Shown: piece after piece, positions 37,563 through 44,033 of the stretch | Layout: each line of letters begins with the position of its first letter | How positions within the stretch are numbered: position 1 is the stretch's first letter | NCBI GenBank assembly: GCA_965215375.1 | Contig: CBDCDO010000001.1 | Location: forward strand, 893,567 to 957,566 | Length of the DNA stretch: 64,000 nt | Direction of reading: 5' to 3' | DNA from: Dehalococcoidia bacterium | GTDB lineage: Bacteria > Chloroflexota > Dehalococcoidia > Bin125 | Position numbers and translations under genes: made by a program | The notes under the pieces: model-generated | Databases searched by the model: none | Told to the model about the DNA's origin: nothing | Seen by the model: the letters and a program-made list of their open reading frames with translations, nothing else

Positions 37563-37814
37563 TTACTCCAGATACCCATAGACGAGCTCCCGTAACTCGT
37601 CCATGTCCGGGAACCGACCCATCGCCGCCTTGCTAAACACGAGTTCGCCGTTCACCGACCACTCGAACAGGCCCTTCGTGTCCGGCACCAACCGCACGTC
37701 GCTGACGAGATGCTGGATGTCCGCCATCAGCTCGCCAAGCATCCACGACGTGCGCGGCCAGTACCCACAGTCGGCGCAGTAGACCACCTCTATCGCGATT
37801 TGCGCTTCTGACAT
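37563..37814 (-). CDS. Rdx-family (SelW/SelT/SelH-like) thioredoxin-fold protein, Cys form (CxxC)
   Basis: IAIEVVYCADCGYWPRTSWMLGELM matches the I-x-YC-x-x-C-x-W-x-R-x-x-W pattern of the Rdx family, where selenoprotein homologues carry CxxU. 83 aa. Confidence 0.65.
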   Translation of the reverse strand: MSEAQIAIEVVYCADCGYWPRTSWMLGELMADIQHLVSDVRLVPDTKGLFEWSVNGELVFSKAAMGRFPDMDELRELVYGYLE

Positions 37815-37823
37815 CGTGCGCCC

Positions 37824-38834
37824 CTATCCCCCCAGATACTGTTCCAGCCGCCTGCCGACCTCCGACGGCGTGCCCGACGGTAGTGGAATCATCTGCAAGT
37901 CAGCACCAGCGTCCGACCGAGACTGCAACTGCTCCGAGACCGTTTCAATCGGCCCGATCACCTGAATCTCCCGAACCATGTGCTCCGAGAACGCCATTAG
38001 CGCGGCCTCAGAGTCTCGGTCGGCCCAGGCTGTGCGCGATTCCTTGATCTCAGACTCAAAGCCCGACCGCGAAAGCATCTGCCAGTAGAACGAACCCATC
38101 CGGTTCGTGTAATGAAACAGTGGCTGTCGAGCATTGCGCCACGTCTGCTCGTCATCTCCTTCGCCGGTCACGTACACATTCGTGAACGGCGCCACCGTGA
38201 CTGAGTCCTCGGGCCGACCAGCATCGCGCGACGCCCCCGCAAGCTGTCGCTTCAGCGACTCAAACGACCGCTTCGGCCAGTGAATCGGATAGATCCCGTC
38301 CGCGATCTCACCAGTCTGCTGAATTGACCGAGGCGTAATCGCCGCAATCCAGACCGGAATGTCTTCCCGCACCGGCTCATATCCAAGCAGACGGAAACCC
38401 CGCTGGAGCGTGTAAATCTCGCCCTCATACATCAGCCGTTGTCCACTGAGGAGCATCTTGATGATCTCCGTGTACTCACGGATGCGTCGCAGCGGTCGAT
38501 CGAAACCGACCCCGTGGAATCCCTCAATTACCAAGTTCCCCGATGATCCCAGCCCGCAGACCATGCGCCCGCCCGAGATCGTCTCGAGCGTTGCAAACTC
38601 CTGCGCGATCACCGCCGGTGTCCGCGAGAACGTGTTGAGAATCCCTGTCCCAATCTGGATCTTCTCCGTGTTCGCAGCAATCACCGTCAGCCACGGCAAC
38701 ACCGAGTGCCCCCAGGCCTCGCCCGTCGACACCATCTCGTAACCGAGGTCCTCAGCGATTTTCACCTTCTCCAAGGTGTCTCGCCAGTTCGTGTCGAATC
38801 CTGCCAAAATGCCCAGTCGCATTGTCGTGCTCAT
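37824..38834 (-). CDS. LLM-class F420/flavin-dependent oxidoreductase
   Basis: RLGILAGFDTNWRDTLEKVKIAEDLGYEMVSTGEAWGHSVLPWLTV...GLGSSG TIM-barrel LLM pattern. Confidence 0.8.
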   Translation of the reverse strand: MSTTMRLGILAGFDTNWRDTLEKVKIAEDLGYEMVSTGEAWGHSVLPWLTVIAANTEKIQIGTGILNTFSRTPAVIAQEFATLETISGGRMVCGLGSSGNLVIEGFHGVGFDRPLRRIREYTEIIKMLLSGQRLMYEGEIYTLQRGFRLLGYEPVREDIPVWIAAITPRSIQQTGEIADGIYPIHWPKRSFESLKRQLAGASRDAGRPEDSVTVAPFTNVYVTGEGDDEQTWRNARQPLFHYTNRMGSFYWQMLSRSGFESEIKESRTAWADRDSEAALMAFSEHMVREIQVIGPIETVSEQLQSRSDAGADLQMIPLPSGTPSEVGRRLEQYLGG

Positions 38835-38844
38835 CGGTTCGCTC

Positions 38845-39306
38845 CTATTCGATTTCGACGATCATTTCGATTTCCACAGCCATGCCCACCGGCAACGACT
38901 GCATGCCGACCGCGGAACGCGCGTGACGGCCACTCTCGCCAAACAGCTCGACCAACAAGTCGGACGCGCCATTGGCGACGCCAGGGTGGTTACCAAACTC
39001 CGGCGTGCAGTTGACCATGCAGAGCAACTTCACAATCCGCGAGACGCGGTCCAGCGAGCCGATCTCGGCCCGCAGCGAGCCCAGCAATTGCACCATCACC
39101 GCCCGAGCAGCATCGTAGCCCGCGTCGACATCCATGTCGGCGCCCAGCTTGCCTCGAATCAACTCGCCGTCCTTGAACGGACCGTGTCCCGAGAGAAACA
39201 CGAGATTACCCGTCCGCACCGCAGGCACATAGTTGGCCAGCGGCGGATTCGTCGAAAGATCGAGCCCCATCTCCAACGCCTTCGCGTCGGCGTTATGTGC
39301 AGACAT
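38845..39306 (-). CDS. RidA/YjgF/RutC family protein
   Basis: VRTGNLVFLSGHGP...NCTPEFGNHPGVANGASDLLVELFGESGRHARSAVGMQSLPVGMAVEIEMIVE. Confidence 0.8.
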   Translation of the reverse strand: MSAHNADAKALEMGLDLSTNPPLANYVPAVRTGNLVFLSGHGPFKDGELIRGKLGADMDVDAGYDAARAVMVQLLGSLRAEIGSLDRVSRIVKLLCMVNCTPEFGNHPGVANGASDLLVELFGESGRHARSAVGMQSLPVGMAVEIEMIVEIE

Positions 39307-39367
39307 CGAGAGCTCCTTCCGCTTCGTGCGCTCGTCGCGAACCCGTTCCGTCCACGAGTTCCGAGAG

Positions 39368-39763
39368 TCAGCCTACCGCAGACCGATACGCCCGCAGTTC
39401 AATCTCATTGCCATCCGGATCGGCGATGTACAACCCATCGGCCATCCCGCGAGCACCGAACAGCTCGAAATCAGGATCACGCACAATCCTAAACCGTCCC
39501 GACGTGCGAACCTCATCCATGCTCTCCGCGCTCACAACCATGCAGAAGTGGTCAAGATTCCGACGCACCTGGTCCACCTCACCCTCGATCAGATCGATGA
39601 TCGTCCCCTCAGAAATCCGCACCGACGGAAACGGACACTCCTCAGCCTGCCATTCTTCGACCCGCACGGGCTCAAGTCCCAACTCGTTCGCATACCAGTC
39701 CAACGACCGTTTCACATCGGAAACCCGCAGGACGATATGGTCCATCGCCACAACTCGAACCAT
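39368..39763 (-). CDS. VOC family (glyoxalase/bleomycin-resistance/dioxygenase fold) protein
   Basis: MDHIVLRVSDVKRSLDWYANELGLEP...YIADPDGNEIEL. Confidence 0.7.
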   Translation of the reverse strand: MVRVVAMDHIVLRVSDVKRSLDWYANELGLEPVRVEEWQAEECPFPSVRISEGTIIDLIEGEVDQVRRNLDHFCMVVSAESMDEVRTSGRFRIVRDPDFELFGARGMADGLYIADPDGNEIELRAYRSAVG

Positions 39764-39849
39764 CGTGCATGTCCCTTCAGTCCGACTCGCGGCCACCCGC
39801 GGAAGTGCGGTAAACCGTCCGACACAACGAGCATAACATCAAACACTCG

Positions 39850-39858
39850 TGCTATGAT
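39850..39858 (+). promoter_or_regulatory. candidate extended -10 (TGCTATGAT) for the MoaD-like/BNR gene
   Basis: tgctatgat lies 25 nt upstream of the ATG at 39883, in a divergent intergenic region. Confidence 0.3.
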
Positions 39859-39882
39859 AGCGGGGCGCGAAGGAAAAGCAAG

Positions 39883-41271
39883 ATGAGCGTCGAAATTCGT
39901 ATGGCCCGCGGACTCCGAGTCCACCTCGAAGTGCCCGAGCGCGCCCATGTCGACGGCGCGACCGCCCGCGAGGCGATCGACGCCCTGATCGCGCTCCATC
40001 CCGGGCTCCGCCAATTCGTCCTCGACGACGCCCGCCGACTGCGCCAGCACGTCAATCTCTACATCAACGACGAGCTCATCCGCGATCGCCAGGAGCTCTC
40101 CGACCCCGTCTCAGACGGCGACACAATCTATATCCTCCCCGCCGTCTCTGGTGGCGCCGACACCACTCGCAACCCTGAGGAGAACAGCATGAGCGAATCA
40201 CAGTCAGAAGTCGGCCTCCTGGTCAGCACCCGCAAAGGCCTACTCATCGGACGCAGCTCCAACGGACGCCAACAGTGGGAATGGTCCGACCTCCAGCGCT
40301 CCGGCTGGATCGTCGACTACACAACGTTGGACGCCAGAACCAACAAGATCTGGTGCTCCGCGAGCCACTGGCAGTGGGGACCGCGACTGCACTACTCGAC
40401 CGATTTCGGCGGAACATGGGTCGAGGCTGGCACGCCCGCATTCGACGACGGCGAACGCTCGGTCGAGGCGATCTGGATGATCGAGCCCGGCGGCCACGAG
40501 GGTCGACTGTTCGCCGGGATCATGCCAGCCGCGCTGTTCCGCTCCGACGACGACGGCGCCTCGTGGCGCGAGGTCACCTCGCTGACCGAGCATCCGTACA
40601 GCAAGTACTGGGAGCCCGGCGCCGCCGGCTTGGTCATCCATCACATCTCCGTCGATCCGCAAGACGCTGACCGAATCGTCGTCGGAGGCTCCGCCACCGG
40701 AGTCTTCGTCTCCTACGACGGCGGCGATACCTGGATGGCACGCAATCGTGGCATCCGCTCCGATCACATGCCGCCCGACCTGCAGGAGCTCGCGCCGTGC
40801 GTGCACTCGCTCTTCGCTCACCCGTCGGAGCCCGGCCGACTTTGGCAACAGAATCACTTCGGACAGTACCGCTCCGACGACGATGGCGAGTCCTGGATCC
40901 AAGTCGGCGAGAACCTGCCTGGCCTGTTCGGATTTCCAACCGCCATCGACCCACGCAATCCCGATGCCTGCTACTTCGTCCCGCACGACTCCGACCAAGC
41001 GCGTATGCCATACAACGGCTCTCTCGCCGTGTTCCGCACTCGCGACGCCGGCCAAACATGGGATCGTCTCGATAACGGACTGCCACAGGTCGACTTCTTC
41101 CACACCGTCTATCGACACGCCCTCGGACAAGACGCCTGTGATCCGCTCGGCCTCTACTTCGGTTCCAGCGGAGGCGAACTCTACGGCTCCATCGACGGCG
41201 GAGACAGCTGGGCCCTCCTCCGAGAGCACCTCGCCCCAATCACTGCCGTCCGAGCCTGGCAAATGGAGTAA
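39883..41271 (+). CDS. MoaD/ThiS-like beta-grasp sulfur-carrier-type domain (ends VSGG at residues 90-93) fused in frame to a BNR/Asp-box beta-propeller protein
   Basis: N-terminus MSVEIRMARGLRVHLEV...HVNLYINDELI...SDGDTIYILPAVSGG. The ORF then continues without a stop through a linker into STDFGGTW / SDDDGASW / SYDGGDTW / SDDDGESW / TRDAGQTW / SIDGGDSW Asp-box repeats. An internal GAGGAG-6 nt-ATG (MSESQ, ~40189) could also start the propeller alone. Confidence 0.7.
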   Translation: MSVEIRMARGLRVHLEVPERAHVDGATAREAIDALIALHPGLRQFVLDDARRLRQHVNLYINDELIRDRQELSDPVSDGDTIYILPAVSGGADTTRNPEENSMSESQSEVGLLVSTRKGLLIGRSSNGRQQWEWSDLQRSGWIVDYTTLDARTNKIWCSASHWQWGPRLHYSTDFGGTWVEAGTPAFDDGERSVEAIWMIEPGGHEGRLFAGIMPAALFRSDDDGASWREVTSLTEHPYSKYWEPGAAGLVIHHISVDPQDADRIVVGGSATGVFVSYDGGDTWMARNRGIRSDHMPPDLQELAPCVHSLFAHPSEPGRLWQQNHFGQYRSDDDGESWIQVGENLPGLFGFPTAIDPRNPDACYFVPHDSDQARMPYNGSLAVFRTRDAGQTWDRLDNGLPQVDFFHTVYRHALGQDACDPLGLYFGSSGGELYGSIDGGDSWALLREHLAPITAVRAWQME

Positions 41272-41352
41272 GCCAAGCTCCGCACCGAAGCACTCGTCAA
41301 ACCCGCATGGCACGCTCGACCTACAGACCGGCACACCCGCGCTTGACGGAGA

Positions 41353-41533
41353 CCTTTGAATAACTCAATTTCCCGTCCCCGCTCCCGAGCGGGGACCCGC
41401 TTTGTCAAAGCCCAGGCTGCTCGGATAGGTCCCGGTTGAGCAGATACCGGCGACATACATGGCGGCCGGTAAGAAGCCAGGGAAGGAGCAGGCCCCCGCT
41501 CGGAGGCGGGGGCGGTTGAGGGGTGATTCAAAG
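41353..41533. mobile_element. MITE-like 181-bp element, copy B (inverted relative to copy A)
   Basis: The reverse complement aligns at ~90% identity with 21586-21768. Ends are CCTTTGAATAAC... and ...GGTGATTCAAAGG. Confidence 0.6.
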
Positions 41534-41626
41534 GTCTTCGCTTGACGCGGGTATCTCGCCCCACGCTGCACCCTCCGAAACGGACCACCAATGCTCAAGA
41601 CCGCCCTCACAGTTAGGGTGAGAGGC

Positions 41627-42571
41627 ATGGCAGCGAGGCCAACTGAAGAAACCGTTCCAGCACAAGCAGCGGTCACGCTGGACGGCCGCCGACCGCTCTC
41701 GCTCCGCGGCGGCGCCTTCGCGATGCTCCTCGTCCTCCTCTGGGGCGGACAGCCATCAGCGATCAAAGCAGGCCTCGACGAAGGCGCTGGCCCGTTCGCA
41801 CTGAGCGCCGTCCGCATGGCCCTCGGCGGTGTCGTCGTGATCGGCTACGCGATCGTCACGCGGACACCGCTCTGGCCGTCACGCAACGAGTATCGCGCGT
41901 TGGTCGGCCTGGGCATCCTCTTCGTCGTCCAGACAATGCTGATGTACGTCGGCGCCGACAACACCAGCTCCGGCCACGCGTCCGTCCTGATCTTCTCGTT
42001 CCCGCTCTGGACCGCCGTGCTCGGACACTTCTTCGTGCCCGGCGACCGAATGTCCGCGCGACGCACCCTAGGCCTGCTCGTCGCCTATGCCGGAGTGATC
42101 ACTGTCTTCGTCGGAGGCTTCAGCGCTCCCGGCGCGACAATCTGGGGCGACCTCATGACCGTTACCTCCGCCCTGTTGCTCGCCGCCCGACAGGTCTACC
42201 TCTCGCACTTCTCGCAGAGCATCCATCCCGCCCGACTCCTCATGACCCAATCGGTCGCAGCCGTCCTCATCTTCGGTGCGGCGAGCCTCCTGTTCGAGTC
42301 CGGCGGGCTCACCTGGACCACTGAGTTCGTCATCGCTCTGCTCTACCAAGGCGTCGTGATCGGCGGATTCGGATTCATCGGCAACACCTTCCTCGTCCAG
42401 AGATTCTTCCCATCACAGGTCGCCGCGACCATGCTCTTCGCACCGATCTTCGGCGTCATCTTCAGCTGGCTGATCCTCGGAGAATCGCTCGGCTACGAAG
42501 TGCTCGTCGGCGTCGTGCTGCTGGTCATCGGCAGTTCAGTCGTCCAACTCCGACGACAACCGACCACCTAG
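41627..42571 (+). CDS. DMT superfamily (EamA-like) transporter
   Basis: Ten predicted TM helices in two EamA repeats. The track ORF starts at 41591. Confidence 0.75.
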   Translation: MAARPTEETVPAQAAVTLDGRRPLSLRGGAFAMLLVLLWGGQPSAIKAGLDEGAGPFALSAVRMALGGVVVIGYAIVTRTPLWPSRNEYRALVGLGILFVVQTMLMYVGADNTSSGHASVLIFSFPLWTAVLGHFFVPGDRMSARRTLGLLVAYAGVITVFVGGFSAPGATIWGDLMTVTSALLLAARQVYLSHFSQSIHPARLLMTQSVAAVLIFGAASLLFESGGLTWTTEFVIALLYQGVVIGGFGFIGNTFLVQRFFPSQVAATMLFAPIFGVIFSWLILGESLGYEVLVGVVLLVIGSSVVQLRRQPTT

Positions 42572-43437
42572 TCCCAGTCGTCCATCCCCAGCAACCGACG
42601 ACCCAGCGGCGTCAGCTCAGCAGGCGCCGACTCAGCCTCTTTGCGTCTTGGATCGCCAGGAAACGCTCGAGCATTCTGGAAAGTCGGATGCGCGCGGTCG
42701 CGCCACGACGCAATCCGAGCCTCACGCAACTCCTCATTCGACGGCTCAGCGGGGAACATACGGACATACTGCGCCAGACGAGGCTTATCCGAGAAGTTGC
42801 GACTGTTCCCGTGCGGAAGCGCCGAGTGCCAGATGATGAAGTCGCCTGCATCTGCCTCAACCTCGATCGGCGGACCCATCCGCTCAGGAAATCGCTTATG
42901 AAGCTGTTGGTGTCGCAGATCATCGTCACTGATCCCCGCCGAGATCTCAGCCGCCCGACGATGCGCGCCCGGCACGCACTGGAATCCGCCCTCGCCCGCT
43001 CGCGTATCGACCAGATACAACACACCCTGCACCAGAAACGGCGTCGGCGTCTCACGGACATCCATGTCCCAGTGCACCATGCCATGGTGATCGTATTCCG
43101 GATACGCATCATTCGGCGGAGGCTTCAGATTGGCGCGGTCGATAAAGACCCACAAGTCGTCGCGACCAAACAGCTCCCGAAACAGCTCATACACCCGAGG
43201 ATTCTGCCGAACGTCCCACAGCGCCTGGTGGTGATACATCTCGACCATGCCATTGACGCGATGCGGCTCCCGATACCAGTCCGACGGATCATTACAGTCA
43301 AACTCGAGAAAGTCCCAAATCGCATCCACGACCGCCGTCACCTGCTCCCGAGGGATCAGCTGACGCACCACGAGGTAGCCCTGCTGGTCAAAGAACGCGC
43401 GATCCGCATCCGTGAGCATCGCAGCCTCCATGATCAA
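42568..43437 (-). CDS. phytanoyl-CoA dioxygenase (PhyH) family Fe(II)/2OG oxygenase
   Basis: HWDMD...HSALPHGNSRN His/Asp...His facial-triad spacing typical of PhyH. Confidence 0.7.
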   Translation of the reverse strand: MIMEAAMLTDADRAFFDQQGYLVVRQLIPREQVTAVVDAIWDFLEFDCNDPSDWYREPHRVNGMVEMYHHQALWDVRQNPRVYELFRELFGRDDLWVFIDRANLKPPPNDAYPEYDHHGMVHWDMDVRETPTPFLVQGVLYLVDTRAGEGGFQCVPGAHRRAAEISAGISDDDLRHQQLHKRFPERMGPPIEVEADAGDFIIWHSALPHGNSRNFSDKPRLAQYVRMFPAEPSNEELREARIASWRDRAHPTFQNARAFPGDPRRKEAESAPAELTPLGRRLLGMDDWD

Positions 43438-44033
43438 TCCGCGAACGGAGCATCAATACCCGGCGGCATCGCCACGTTGAATGTGTTCAGACCGATCGAC
43501 ACCAACGCGTAGTAACCCATCACCGAGGCGACCTCAAAGACGCCGCTCTCGCCCAAAATGTCATTGAGCGCGCTATACGTCTCATCCGACACACGCTGGT
43601 TCTCAATCAGTTCGCGACCAAACTGATAGACCGCCTGCTGCCGCTCATCGCCGAAGTACGGTTGCTCACCATCGCGGATCGCGTCGATCGCACCCTCCGA
43701 CACACCAGCGTTAACCGCCATCCTCGCGTGCGCCCAAAACTCGAAGTTCGCGCGCCAGTGACCGCCCATCGTGCAAATCGCGACCTCCAACAAGTCACTC
43801 GGAAGCGACGTCTGATAGCGAATTGCGGCACCCAGCTTCTGGATCGCATCGCCGAGTTCAGGCGACAGGAACAGCGCGTTGAACGGACCGATCAGCGCGC
43901 CATCGGCACCAGCCAATCCACCATGCTCGCGCTCAGGGTTTCCTCGCGGGCCGGTCGTGATGTTCTCCCAGAGCACTCGCTGATCATCGTTCAGCGAATC
44001 AAATGTTTGTGGTCCAAGTCGCGGCATGGTCAT
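43434..44033 (-). CDS. carboxymuconolactone decarboxylase (CMD/AhpD-like) family protein
   Basis: All-alpha 199-aa protein with the AICTMGGHWRANFEFWAH pattern. Confidence 0.65.
   Translation of the reverse strand: MTMPRLGPQTFDSLNDDQRVLWENITTGPRGNPEREHGGLAGADGALIGPFNALFLSPELGDAIQKLGAAIRYQTSLPSDLLEVAICTMGGHWRANFEFWAHARMAVNAGVSEGAIDAIRDGEQPYFGDERQQAVYQFGRELIENQRVSDETYSALNDILGESGVFEVASVMGYYALVSIGLNTFNVAMPPGIDAPFAD

Noticed and set aside
21586-41533. Composite transposon bounded by the two inverted MITE copies
   Set aside because: The 19.6-kb interior is housekeeping (serS, two tRNAs, comEC) with no transposase. More likely two independent MITE insertions, although recombination between them remains possible.
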